A stretch of DNA of 63,709 nt, filler included, from Octopus bimaculoides (taxonomy: Eukaryota), in NCBI RefSeq assembly GCF_001194135.2. It is 8 parts of 8 records of this genome, joined end to end, with 100 filler letters (N's around TTAATTAATTAA, not from the genome) between each part and the next. Parts side by side here need not be neighbours in the genome. Positions count along the whole stretch, not along the records: positions 1 to 17,884 come from NC_068997.1; 7 more parts are not named here. One strand, written 5' to 3'. Shown here piece by piece: positions 1-11,611 of this stretch. The position numbers were made by a program, and so were the translations under genes. How positions within the stretch are numbered: position 1 is the first letter of the stretch; each line of letters begins with the position of its first letter. The notes beneath the pieces are model-generated. The model searched no databases. It was not told where the DNA came from and was given only the letters and a program-made list of their open reading frames with translations.

Positions 1-15
1 ATATATATATATATA

Positions 16-170
16 TAACGTTTCGAGCCTATGCTCTTCCACAGAAAGGAACAAGGAAAGAAACAAGGAGAGAAAAAAAAGGAGTGGAAGAGCGTAGACT
101 CGAAATGTTAGAGACTTTTTCAATTCCCGAGCGTTATACTAGTACATCTATTTGTTTTCTACACCACCTG
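16..170. mobile_element. Two pieces of a Penelope-like tail repeat with hammerhead-like motif (16-47 minus; ~84-170 plus)
   Basis: Minus: tttctgtggaagagcataggctcgaaacgtt. Plus: gtggaagagcgtagactcgaaatgttagagac...acaccacctg. Same family as 2770-2900. Confidence 0.6.
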
Positions 171-327
171 ATGCATATTATTTGTCCAACACTGCAATGG
201 TACGGGCATGAAATAATCGGCTTTTTACTGAAAATATTGTGAAACTGTCAAAATTGTATCGTATACAGGAAGAATTGTCAACATTTACCTCACGTGTGAC
301 TGAATATTGAAAAAAGTAAATTAGTAC

Positions 328-1400
328 TTTATTCAATATTGTAAAACTCAATATTGACTCCCCAGAATGAATTGCAATTTTGCCACAATGGTAAGAAGTG
401 TTACTTGCTCTATCTGATGCAAAAGAATTAAAGTGCGTAGATCTGCGTAGAGCGAAGTTATCCGGGATAATATTCTTATCCAGCTATACAAACTGTGACG
501 AAGATTTCTAATATTTGCTCGCCCAGCAGCAAGTTGAAACAAAAATAGTCGTCATGACCTCATTTTACGATATTTAATCAGTAGTAAGTAGTTTATTCAA
601 TATTGTAAAACTCAGTATTTACTCCCCAGAATGAATTGGGATTTCTATTTTGCCACAATGGTATGCAGCGTTGCTTGACCTATCTGATGTAAAAGAATTA
701 AAGTGCGTAGATCAGCGTAGAGCGAAGTTATCCGGGATAATATTCTTTTATCTTCATAGCTATACTGACTTTGACGAAGATCGTTCACCCAGTTGTTGTA
801 ATAAGTAAAAATAGTGCCTTCAAAATTTTTCCCAGTCATTTTAGCATATTACCTCAATAATTTACGAATGGTCGGAGATTTCTGGAACCTACGGTAAATC
901 CTTTAACACAACCGATTGGAACCGACATTTTGTGTGAAAATGCCAATTGCGGTGTTGATAGAGTGTGTCATTGTACTTACACCTTAAACCTGAAAGCTGA
1001 TGATACTGTCCAAATTGTAATGACAAGCTTAGGGAGAGGGAATAGTGATTCGCACCCCATGCACCTGCATGGGCATTCATTTTATGTTGTTAAGATGGGA
1101 TTTCCGAAATACAATGAAACATCGGCTAAAGGTAGATAATTTCTCAAGAATGAGTTTGTTTTCACATCATTTAACGATATTTTATGGAGAAGTAAGTAAT
1201 ATATTCCATGAAAAAAAAAGTCGATATTATTTTCCCGCGGTGACATAGGATGTTTATTTTTTCACCATTGTGTGAGGCGTTACTTTATCTAATACAAAAG
1301 GATTGAAGTGGGTAGATCTGCATAGAGAAAAGTTATTGTACATAACATGCTTTAATACAGCCATATTGCTTGCAATGAATAATGTTTCTATGCCCGCCTA
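328..1400 (+). repeat. Local ~265-bp repeat: copies at ~328-545, ~592-800 and a diverged copy at ~1255-1400
   Basis: Shared blocks tttattcaatattgtaaaactca, ttttgccacaatggta and aaaagaattaaagtgcgtagatc.gcgtagagcgaagttatccgggataatattctt. Confidence 0.8.
861..1125 (+). pseudogene. 265-bp duplicate of oxidase exon segment 5243-5507 (includes HPMHLHGH)
   Basis: Matches 5243-5507 at a constant offset of 4382 with no mismatch seen by eye. Both flanks are non-homologous. Confidence 0.93.
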
Positions 1401-1492
1401 GAACATATTTGAAATAAAAATGGTCTATGCAAAGGTGTTTTCATAGTCACTTAGTCATTTTTCGTAAGTACGACATTAAAAAATAGAAAAAA

Positions 1493-2075
1493 TTTTGGAT
1501 CTTTTTTAAAACGGGGGCCACATTTTTCATTAACGAAACACTTTGAAACTTGGAACACTGGCAGAATGTGTCATATAAAACATCTTTTTCTCTTAGTCTT
1601 CTTAAAAAAAAAAGAAATCCATAAGTTATTCCATGTGAAAGTTGTCGTATTTCTGTAATTTCAACCAATCACTGACGTCCATTCAGCCGATATACATTAA
1701 GTGCCGACTACATAAACAAACGATTCTGAAACAATTAACCCTAACCCTAACCCTAACCCTAGGGTTAGGGTTAGGGTTAAAGCAAATTTAAAATGAAAAA
1801 AGCAAATAAAACGAAGGTATGGAGATTAAATACGCTTTACATCGCTTAATCAGCCAAAGGAGTAAATGTAAACAACTGAATACTTGTCAGTGATTGGTTT
1901 GAAATTATCGAAATAAGACAATTTTTTACATGAAATAAATTCGAATACAAAAATATTTTTCTGTTCGAAAAAACAAAATAGATAAATATACGAAGTTTGA
2001 AAGTCTTTCCGTACCAAAAACACTACGTAAAACATTAATGAAAAATGTGGCCCCCGTTTTAAAAAAGATCCAAAA
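1493..2075. mobile_element. Foldback/MITE-like element with a central telomeric-repeat palindrome
   Basis: Perfect 41-bp inverted repeat at 1493-1533 / 2035-2075. Diverged inner arms at ~1620-1677 / ~1886-1945. Centre (TAACCC)n-TAGGG-(TTAGGG)n at 1736-1779. Confidence 0.8.
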
Positions 2076-2349
2076 TCTTAAGAATGTGTATTCAATCGAA
2101 TGTACGCGGTTAATGGCTCGGTCATATTACTGGCTTTTGTGCTATAATACGTTAATCCAACGCGTTGGAAGTTTCATATAACTTTGCTTATGAGTCATAC
2201 CCTGCCGTACATCGATCATTATAATCATTGACATACGTTGCTCCCATATCTGACAAAAAATTCAAAACTTTTTAAAAAATTAACTCGATAAATAAGTTTG
2301 ACGTGTTTAACAGGCAAATCTACCATTGTGCTATGTTTGGATTTTTCAT

Positions 2350-2700
2350 GATTTTTTTCAAGCAATGGTTTCTTGCGTTTAGAAAATCTTTATAAAAACA
2401 TGAAAAAACCATTAACAAAGAAAAAAATGGAGCAGATGGGCGAAAAGGACGCAAGTTGCAGGCAGAAGAATCTAAGAAGTTGAGCAAAGTCTTCATGTCC
2501 CTCTTTGTAAAACATGCTGATAGTTCTTCAACACCTACCAAGAGGTCGCCTGGAGTTCAACCGCGCATTTTATTGTCCAATACTGCTTTGTGTAATAGCC
2601 CACGTCAAACAGCCGCAAATGGGTCGGATGGGTTAGGTCTTTAAATTGGGTGGGTGGCGCAAATTTTGGCTTTGCCCTGGGCGCCATTTACCCTAGCTAC
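2350..2700 (+). mobile_element. Possible hAT-type transposon remnant
   Basis: Reads GADGRKGRKLQAEESKKLSKVFMSLFVK, resembling hAT transposase N-termini. Followed by a ggcgcc...ttaccctagctac terminal-like motif. Confidence 0.3.
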
Positions 2701-2798
2701 ACACCGCTGCATTGTTATGATCAGCCATTACTATGATTGACCGTTGACTGAACACTATTCAATTTTTTTTCTCCGTGTTTTTCTCCTTGTCTCCGTAT

Positions 2799-2835
2799 TC
2801 TTTCTGTTGAAGAGCGTAGCTCGAAACGTCAAAGA
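2799..2835 (+). ncRNA. Minimal type I hammerhead-like motif with variant core (CUGUUGA)
   Basis: Helix I UCUUU/AAAGA; core CUGUUGA+A; helix II GAGC-gua-GCUC; GAA; palindromic helix III ACGU; GUC cleavage triplet at 2828-2830. Confidence 0.65.
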
Positions 2836-2925
2836 CTTTCCGTATTCCCGAGCGTCATACTAATACATACTTTTGTTATTTACACCACCTGTCCTCGTCT
2901 GTTGTTGTTTTTTCGTATATTCTCC

Positions 2926-2945
2926 CATATATATTTATATATATG

Positions 2946-3017
<72 letters not shown>

Positions 3018-3090
3018 CATACATATATATATTTATATATATGCATACATACATACATATATATATACTACATACATATATATATTTAAA
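2926..3090. repeat. (AT)n microsatellite, representative of many simple repeats: (CA)n, (AAT)n, (ATC)n, (GTA)n, (GATA)n, (ATGT)n
   Basis: Direct reading. Other examples: 7915-7990, 14069-14136, 31826-31888, 32110-32330, 33735-33805, 36300-36360. Confidence 0.95.
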
Positions 3091-3400
3091 CATTCCAACG
3101 TCTTTGTCTTTATTTATTATCTAGTGTGTTAAACGACTATAAAGGAGATGACACTGTTGTTTCCGGTAGATTGAACAATTTCATAGAGGTGAAACAGCTT
3201 GCATTGTTTGATTAATGTTTCGGAAATATCTCTTGACTGTATGACACTCTAAATTTAGAAGGTTGCTATCTTTATTTACCAATATTCTAAGTAGTAAATG
3301 TTTTTATGAAACACCAGACATTTGGTTCCATATGCAATCACGGCACAGCCACTAGGCTGCATATCTAACTTACCTATGTATTGTCAATCACTGCAATATT

Positions 3401-3413
3401 CTGTAAGGTAAGC
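3401..3413 (+). promoter_or_regulatory. Candidate splice donor of an upstream 5'UTR exon of the oxidase gene
   Basis: AAG|GTAAGC at 3407/3408, about 500 nt upstream of the 3908 acceptor. No transcript evidence. Confidence 0.35.
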
Positions 3414-3931
3414 ATGACAAGTACTATAAAACGAAAGAGTTAGAACCTGATCACGTATTCAAACTGTCCTTGTTAACAGATATACTAGTATCCTCTTGAC
3501 CACACTGTGACACACAGTCACACGTACTGGATGAATTACTTCAACCGGTGTTTCTGGTTTGACAGACATGCTTGAGATATTCCCGGCGTTAAGTTCTGAG
3601 GGTAGTTTACTTTGTCACCAACTGTTGAAAAGGGCGTCTTGTAAACTATTAAGTACAGACAGACAGGTGACCGTAACCAGCAGTTGTCCAAAAATTCCTG
3701 ATAGGAAGGTGTTCCTACAGAAACGTCCAACTAACCAAAACAATATTGATTTCCCTGTCGTCTACCTGTAACACAAAGTTTTCTCTTCATTTCTTCTCTT
3801 TAACTTGTTTGTATCCTTCGGTCTTTAAAACCTATAAACATTTCATGATTTATTAGATAGTCCTTGATGATTTTATTGTTTCTTATAATTATATTTTATG
3901 ATTTCAGATCTCTGCACACACTGGTTCAACA

Positions 3932-5900
3932 ATGGTTCACTTCAACGTAATTGTATTCCTCCTGGGTCTCTTATCACCATTAGTTTATTCTCATGGTTGT
4001 CGTATGGAAGACGACGAGTGTGAGTTTAAGCTGGTAATTTCCTATCAATTAACGATGGTAGTCAATCATGCCTTGGTAAAACCCTACAATGGAAAACTCT
4101 ACAAACATGACGTCACTAATTTTACGGGTGCTCAACCGATACCAACTGAGGAAGTTATTACAATGGATGGTTTCTCTGAGTCAGTGAAGGTGATTGCAGT
4201 TAATGGCACAGTTCCAGGACCAACAATAGAAGTTTATAAGGGACAAAGAGTCATCATTGAAGTAGAAAACGAATTATTTTCAGAAGGTACGACAGTACAT
4301 TGGCACGGCATTCATCAAAAAGGAACACCTCATATGGATGGCGTGCCTTGGGTTACACAATGCCCTATTCTACCTGGTCAATCGTTCAGATATGAATTTA
4401 ATATTACACAAACTGGAACTTATTGGTACCATTCTCATCTAGGGACACAGCGTAACATGGGACTATTTGGTGCTTTTATAATACACGAAAAAACACAACC
4501 TAAAATGAAAGAACATTTGATGTTAATAACAGAATACAATCATAACTGGGACGCCGATGTGAGTCTCATAAAACCACGTTTGGGATATTATTTTGATGGT
4601 AAAATGATTGGACGGACGAAATCTCTAGATGGAGCATTTTTTTCTCCTTTAAACGTCGATTCGGCGCTTGTGAATGGTCGGGGCCGTTATTATGATGAGT
4701 CAGGGAATCACAATGGGGCTCCCTTAGCTATCTTTGACGTAGAATCGGGAAAACATTATCGTTTTAGAGTGATCGCTGCAGGGGCTCTGTACCCGTTTGA
4801 AGTGTCTGTTGATGGTCACCAGATGACAGTCGTTGCCTCTGATGGTTATGAACTGAATCCAACACTTGTTGATTATTTTATCATCAACCCGGGCGAGAGA
4901 TTTGACTTCACGCTACATACAAATAAGAATATCGGGAATTACTGGATCCGTGGAAAGACGCTACAAATACATAAAAACAATACATTTGAAGCAATTCTTC
5001 GATATAAAGGTGCACCGGACGAAGACCCCAACTCCACAGTTTCTGACTGCGTTCAACAGAAGAACTGCATCTTACTTAACTGTCCCTTTCTTTATTATCC
5101 TGAGAAAAGTAAGAAACGATGTTTACAATTCGATGACTTGGAGTCGGCTAGCTCAACTCAAGCACCCTCATTCCGGTCTGGAAAGTTTGAGGAATATTTT
5201 TTAAATTTTGCTTTTTTTGGTGTACCTGGAAACATGCATTCGTTTACGAATGGTCGGAGATTTCTGGAACCTACGGTAAATCCTTTAACACAACCGATTG
5301 GAACCGACATTTTGTGTGAAAATGCCAATTGCGGTGTTGATAGAGTGTGTCATTGTACTTACACCTTAAACCTGAAAGCTGATGATACTGTCCAAATTGT
5401 AATGACAAGCTTAGGGAGAGGGAATAGTGATTCGCACCCCATGCACCTGCATGGGCATTCATTTTATGTTGTTAAGATGGGATTTCCGAAATACAATGAA
5501 ACATCGGGAAAAATTATAGCAAATACTAAAGATATTGATTGTAGAGGTGACCCGAAAAAGAATTATTGTAACGATGCGACTTGGTCAAACAGCAACTGGG
5601 AGGGAGACAATATCCCCGGAATAAAGTTAGACAAGGCTCCTCTAAAGGATACAATTATGGTCCCTAAAGGTGGATACGTTGTAGTGAGAATAGTTGCAGA
5701 CAACCCTGGATTATGGTTGATGCACTGCCATATTGAATTACACAGTATGGATGGAATGGCTCTTGTTTTTAACGAATCTTTCGCTCGTTTACCAGAAATA
5801 CCGGACAACTTGCCTAAGTGTCACAGCTTCAAGAAAGGAGTTTATAACAAAAGAGACGATATTGGAAAAGATGACGACAAACATAAAAATTATAATGGCG
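3932..5900 (+). CDS. Laccase-like multicopper oxidase, main coding exon (signal peptide plus 3 cupredoxin domains)
   Basis: Signal-peptide-like MVHFNVIVFLLGLLSPLVYSHG. Four Cu motifs: HWHG, GTYWYHSH, HPMHLHGH, HCHIELHSMDGM (Met axial T1 ligand). Acceptor tttcag| at 3907/3908, ATG in acaATGG context, donor GGCG|gtaagg at 5900/5901. The ORF track continues to 6172 only by reading into the intron. Confidence 0.95.
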
Positions 5901-6194
5901 GTAAGGAATGTTTTTTACTTGTTCTATCTTTTCTTACGAGTTTCAGCTCTTACTTTACATATATATATATTCATCACAGATTTGCTGATGTTTTTAAGAG
6001 TGCAGGACATACGGACTATCCTAAAACGGTTGATGGGGGTGAGAACAGTGCTGTTCTTGTGAACGAGATGTATTGTAACATGTTGCATGTTTCAAAAGAG
6101 CGGGAGAGATGCCTAAAGAGAACGAGAGGAAGAGAGACAGAGAGAGAGGGAGGTAGAGAGGAGGGAGAGTGAAGGAGGGAAGGATGGAGGGATG

Positions 6195-6226
<32 letters not shown>

Positions 6227-6539
6227 TGTGAAGAAATATTTTCTATGGCATTCAGAGCTAGCACTGAAAGTTTTGCCTGTGTAGACAATGCGATCGAAAA
6301 TAGGAAAATTAAGCAATGGTTATATTTGCATATTTTGAGAAGAGTTAGTGCTCTTTTATCAGCACCACATCCAATCCATCTACTATCCACGAACGCATTG
6401 TTTTTACGACCTCTAAGTTTAGCTGTGTAACACTGTTGGAGAGCCCAGTTTATATATTAAACACATTCCTGGCAACTGGTACGTAAATATTGATTGCTAG
6501 CAAGAACACAGTATTCCACCCTGCCAATGTAATAAACTA

Positions 6540-6812
6540 CCAACCGCAAATCAGTGTTGCTCTTACAAGACCACGTATTGCCCGAGTCAGTAAAGGAAAG
6601 ATTATCGCTCTAAATATGGAAGTTTAGTTTCATCGTTCTTACTTTCCTGACGTTGTTCCCTCTGACTATCATCTTTGCAAATCGTTGCAACATTATCTAT
6701 AGGTTAAACAGTTTATTAATTAGGAAGAGTTAAAAAATGATACCGCGTCTTTCTTTACTTCGAGTCCTGATTAATTTTACACTGAGGATCAACAGTTTGC
6801 CAAACAGATGCG
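6540..6812 (+). mobile_element. Degenerate mariner transposase C-terminus (intronic)
   Basis: Remnants of LLQD..., WEV...Y.PDVVPSDYHL..SLQH.L and F.S....FY..GI..LP.RW. Confidence 0.75.
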
Positions 6813-6814
6813 AT

Positions 6815-7720
6815 TACTTCCCACTTTGCGTAACCCCTGGCCTCTAAATACCTAATCCACAAGAACGCAGCTATTGCAGACAATGCCAAATCCAATATCC
6901 TAATAGCGGACTCATCACCGAGTGATGAATGTGTCCCGCATGTTCGACTCAACAGAATTGGAAAGTTACATACAACATTTCAACCGCCGCATGCGATTCT
7001 CTGGTTACAGCCAAAGGGACAGGATTATAGTGTACAAAGGAGCCAGGGCTAAGTACAAGGCCATCATAGCGATAGATGTAAATGAGATTTACTCGCTAGA
7101 CAGGAGTGAATCTGGGAACAGTGAAGAAAGGATAAAGAAGAAGGTAGATAAGGCCAACTCATGATATGACAACAAAAAATGCCAGAGTGTCATATTCGTT
7201 GATGCCACCCCTGGTGCCGAACTAGTATATCTTTTTAGAAAAGCGTTAGATAAGATAAATCTACGGGTTAACGTAGTAGAAAGGCCAGGAACCCCCATAA
7301 AATCCCTGATCCGTAGAACATATCCATTTGATAGGTTTCCATGTACGAAGAACAACTGTGTAATTTGTTAGATGAATTCACAGGTTAGCCTTAAGATTAG
7401 GAATGTTGTCTATAGCTTACCATGTACTGAAGGACAACACACATTGGAGAGACGGCAAGTAGCATAGGGGAGCGGATAGGTATACACTGGCGGGAAATCA
7501 AAGAGGAGTAAAGTGCGTCAGTGCTCTACCAAGGTGCTCAATTAGAACACAGAAGCTCGGTTAATAACATAGAGGTTAAGGTATTATCCACGCATAGAAC
7601 AGACATGACACTTAGACAAATTACAGAAGCCACACACATCGTAATAGAGAGACCGAGCCTCAAGAGAAGGCACAAATGGAACAATAACACTCCCTATTAC
7701 TACACTACGCAGCACGACGA
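6815..7720 (+). mobile_element. 5'-truncated Penelope-like element (RT thumb plus GIY-YIG endonuclease), intronic
   Basis: LASKYLIHKNAAIA..., VIFVDATPGAELVYLFRKAL...VVERPGTPIKSL, then C..C...NVVYSLPC...H.GET. Homologous to 47760-48600. Confidence 0.8.
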
Positions 7721-7931
7721 CTAAAGATAGAGGGAGGAAAAAGACAGAAATGCAAACAATATAATACACAAACCCATATATATATATATATACACATACA
7801 CAAGAGACACACATACACATATTTATGATGAAATATAAGAAATAAAGATAAGTAAATAAATGAAAGAAAGGCTATATAACGGACACGGATACAAACAATA
7901 TAGTAGGCAAAGTCACACACACACACACACA

Positions 7932-7994
<63 letters not shown>

Positions 7995-8682
7995 CACACA
8001 TACAAGTAGACAGACACGCGTAATATACGCACGCATGCACACGCACACACGCACAGATACAGACGCAAGCGTATGCGCAGATAAGAATACACACCATAGA
8101 AAGACAGAATGAACTAATGAGAACAGGATGGAAGAGTCATGGAATGGAAGAGTCGCTGAAGAGGTCACAGGTGTGTTACGAAAGATTTCCAGGCAATGGA
8201 CATACGATAAAATAAGTACAATAATATACATATGGAGGACAAATATGTAGTGTGCGTGTGTTTATTTGGCATGAAAAATATGACCATCCCGAAATATAAC
8301 AATATCAAGTAAGTAGATCATTGTATTCTTGTTGTTATGGTAAATGTGTCGATTCCTGTTTCTAATATTTCAAGATTGAAATGAGCGAGGTTTAGTTATT
8401 TTACATCCATTACGCCCACATTGTTGTTGTAGCTGTCGTGGTGGTTGTGGTTGCGGTGGTGGTGGTGGTGGTGGTGGTTGTATTTGTTAGTGTTGCCCAT
8501 CTCTCTCTCCCATCTCTCTCTCCCTCTCTCTCTCTCTGATTGTATATGTCTGAATGTATGTGTACACACATATGCACACACATATTCACATTTCGGATGT
8601 GTTTCCAGGTTGTGCCGATGCATGATGTTCACTCGTTCATGCATGCACAGTTTGCTAGCACCGTCGAATTTACAACTAGAAT

Positions 8683-8741
8683 ATCATACCGATGAAGGAA
8701 ATGGAGTGTTATCGTTCCTAATCCAGGAATGCGTCTATGAT
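8683..8741 (+). ncRNA. Degenerate type I hammerhead remnant
   Basis: 6-bp helix I AUCAUA/UAUGAU flanks CCGAUGA-A...GGAAUGCGUC, which is 2 changes from GAAACGCGUC. Confidence 0.45.
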
Positions 8742-9954
8742 TAACTTCGACTGGTTAGTTTTCATTGTTTTTCTTCTTGTTTTGCCTTTGTGAGTTACAA
8801 GTAATGCTATCTGTTGGAGTCTCAGCTTTTTAGCTGCTATTTCTGAACTTCGGTATGTGGTGAAGCAACTATTTGCTGATCCCTTAATTATGTTTATAAA
8901 TGTATAAGAACTTTTAAATAAGTTCTCCACCGATAATGGTGTTTACATACCAAAGGGCTTGGTAAAATTATTAATTATTAATTTATTAATAAATTAATAA
9001 ATTGATAAACTTTTACCCTTTTAATTGNNNNNNNNNNNNNNNNNNNNNNNNNNNNNNNNNNNNNNNNNNNNNNNNNNNNNNNNNNNNNNNNNNNNNNNNN
9101 NNNNNNNNNNNNNNNNNNNNNNNNNNNNNNNNNNNNNNNNNNNNNNNNNNNNNNNNNNNNNNNNNNNNNNNNNNNNNNNNNNNNNNNNNNNNNNNNNNNN
9201 NNNNNNNNNNNNNNNNNNNNNNNNNNNNNNNNNNNNNNNNNNNNNNNNNNNNNNNNNNNNNNNNNNNNNNNNNNNNNNNNNNNNNNNNNNNNNNNNNNNN
9301 NNNNNNNNNNNNNNNNNNNNNNNNNNNNNNNNNNNNNNNNNNNNNNNNNNNNNNNNNNNNNNNNNNNNNNNNNNNNNNNNNNNNNNNNNNNNNNNNNNNN
9401 NNNNNNNNNNNNNNNNNNNNNNNNNNNNNNNNNNNNNNNNNNNNNNNNNNNNNNNNNNNNNNNNNNNNNNNNNNNNNNNNNNNNNNNNNNNNNNNNNNNN
9501 NNNNNNNNNNNNNNNNNNNNNNNNNNNNNNNNNNNNNNNNNNNNNNNNNNNNNNNNNNNNNNNNNNNNNNNNNNNNNNNNNNNNNNNNNNNNNNNNNNNN
9601 NNNNNNNNNNNNNNNNNNNNNNNNNNNNNNNNNNNNNNNNNNNNNNNNNNNNNNNNNNNNNNNNNNNNNNNNNNNNNNNNNNNNNNNNNNNNNNNNNNNN
9701 NNNNNNNNNNNNNNNNNNNNNNNNNNNNNNNNNNNNNNNNNNNNNNNNNNNNNNNNNNNNNNNNNNNNNNNNNNNNNNNNNNNNNNNNNNNNNNNNNNNN
9801 NNNNNNNNNNNNNNNNNNNNNNNNNNNNNNNNNNNNNNNNNNNNNNNNNNNNNNNNNNNNNNNNNNNNNNNNNNNNNNNNNNNNNNNNNNNNNNNNNNNN
9901 NNNNNNNNNNNNNNNNNNNNNNNNNNNNNNNNNNNNNNNNNNNNNNNNNNNNNN

Positions 9955-9985
<31 letters not shown>

Positions 9986-9991
9986 TTACGT

Positions 9992-10210
9992 GTGTGTCTT
10001 TGTATTTGTGTTTATCCCCGACTACCGCTTGACAACCGGACCTGGTGGGCTTACGTTCAAGTCCGGCTAATGTGACCGATAGCATAAGTACCAGGCTTTG
10101 AAAGGAAAAAGTACTAGGGTCGATTCATTCGAGTAAAAAAATATTCAGTGCAGTGCCCCAGCATGGCCGTAGTCTAGTGACTGAAACAAGTGAAAAATTA
10201 AAGATAAAAG
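9992..10210 (+). mobile_element. SINE-associated repeat, family B (other copies at ~26640-26850 and ~57195-57400)
   Basis: Shared cgcttgacaacc...ggggtcgatt...ctccagcatggccg...tgactgaaacaa motifs across three copies. Confidence 0.8.
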
Positions 10211-10333
10211 ACCGTACATATACGTCTATATTTGGTGAGTGAAGCTTCTTACATGCAAAATAGAACTGCTACATGTGTACGATGTAGAAAAAGAGAAAAA
10301 GCTAGAAGTAAATGCCAAAAGAACTAATCAATA

Positions 10334-10790
10334 AATACAGTAATCACTCGCCATATCACGATTCACTTATCACGCCCTCAGTACAGTAATCACTCATTAT
10401 ATCACCGTTCACTTATCGCGCCCTCAGTACAGTAATCACTCCCCATATCATGGTTCACCTATCACGCCCTCAGTACAGTAATGTTTCATTATTGCGCCCT
10501 CAATACAGTAATGTCTCGCCATATCGCGGTTCAGCTATCGCACCCCCAGTACAATAATGTCTCGCAATATCGCGGTTCACCTATCACGCCATCAGTACAG
10601 TAATGTCTCGCCATATCGTGGTTCACCTATCACGCCCTCAGTACAGTAATCACTCGCCATATCGCGGGTTTCTGCGGCCGGTAAGTATTTATATTTTCTT
10701 AGATTTTAATTATTTCTTTAGTAAAATAAGCATTTTCACGCTTAAAAATGAATAAATTGATGGATAAAAATACAGTACAGTACTGCATTA
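10334..10790 (+). mobile_element. Tigger/pogo-like transposon end amplified into a ~46-bp minisatellite (~7 units, 10334-10667)
   Basis: Unit cagtaatcactcgccatatcgcggttcacctatcacgccctcagta. The TA-CAGT start resembles pogo/Tigger TIRs, and the last unit continues into unique sequence. Confidence 0.65.
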
Positions 10791-10944
10791 TATAACACAT
10801 TAATTAAAATATATTACAAGAAAATGTGTCGTGAACCGTAGATGAGTAAACAAAGAATCGCATATACCGTATGGAAAACGAAACTCGAGAGGCGAGTGTG
10901 GTATTGTTTTGCATTTATAATAAAATAAATATATACAAATTATA

Positions 10945-11466
10945 CAGGGTGTTCACAAAGTTTGGGTACATGGGGATTAACACATACTTTAAGAAATTAT
11001 TGCTTCTTATATTTAATTGTTTATGTTATGATTTTATTTACTCCATGCACCCACATGGGCATTGACACATACTTTAAGAAATTATTATTTCTTATATTTA
11101 ATTGTTTATGTTATGATTTTATTTACTCCATGTACCCAGACCTTGTGGACACCCTGTAGAAAGGATTTNNNNNNNNNNCACAAAGTTTGGGTACATGGGG
11201 ATTAACACATACTTTAAGAAATTATTGCTTCTTATATTTAATTGTTTATGTTATGATTTTATTTACTCCATGCACCCACATGGGCATTGACACATACTTT
11301 AAGAAATTATTATTTCTTATATTTAATTGTTTATGTTATGATTTTATTTACTCCATGTGCCCACATGGGGATTAACACATACTTTAAGAAATTATTATTT
11401 CTTATATTTAATTGTTTATGTTATGATTTTATTTACTCCATGTACCCAGACCTTGTGGACACCCTG
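10945..11466. mobile_element. Tc1/mariner-type MITE (10945-11156) plus a second copy (11179-11466)
   Basis: TIRs cagggtgttcacaaagtttgggtacatgg / ccatgtacccagaccttgtggacaccctg, TA flanks and internal tandem duplication. The second copy starts at a 10-N gap and may be an assembly duplication. Confidence 0.8.
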
Positions 11467-11611
11467 TAGAAAGGATTTAAAAAAATATTGAGTACGGCGG
11501 GATTTGGGGGTGTAACACTTGCGATAGCGAGGGATGACGTAATATGTGAGCAAGTTGCTGTCTATATATCTACCTAATGAACTCCATATTGTTTTTTCTT
11601 TATCATTGCAG

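Noticed and set aside
1736-1779. Ancient telomere-telomere fusion site
   Set aside because: Only a few repeats, sitting at the axis of a TE-like inverted repeat; a similar motif recurs at 60.8 kb.
3913-3919. TGCACAC metal-response-element core just before the oxidase ATG
   Set aside because: A single 7-mer is expected by chance in CA-rich DNA, with no MRE cluster.
5901-6172. C-terminal ~90 aa of the 746-aa ORF
   Set aside because: Read-through into the intron past a consensus donor, ending in a GA microsatellite; the 11612 exon explains the real C-terminus better.
10334-10667. CRISPR-like periodic array
   Set aside because: Units are contiguous diverged repeats with no unique spacers, there are no cas genes, and the context is eukaryotic.
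11179-11466. Tandem MITE duplication as a biological event
   Set aside because: Near-identical to 10945-11168 and begins at a 10-N gap, so it is plausibly an uncollapsed allele or overlap.
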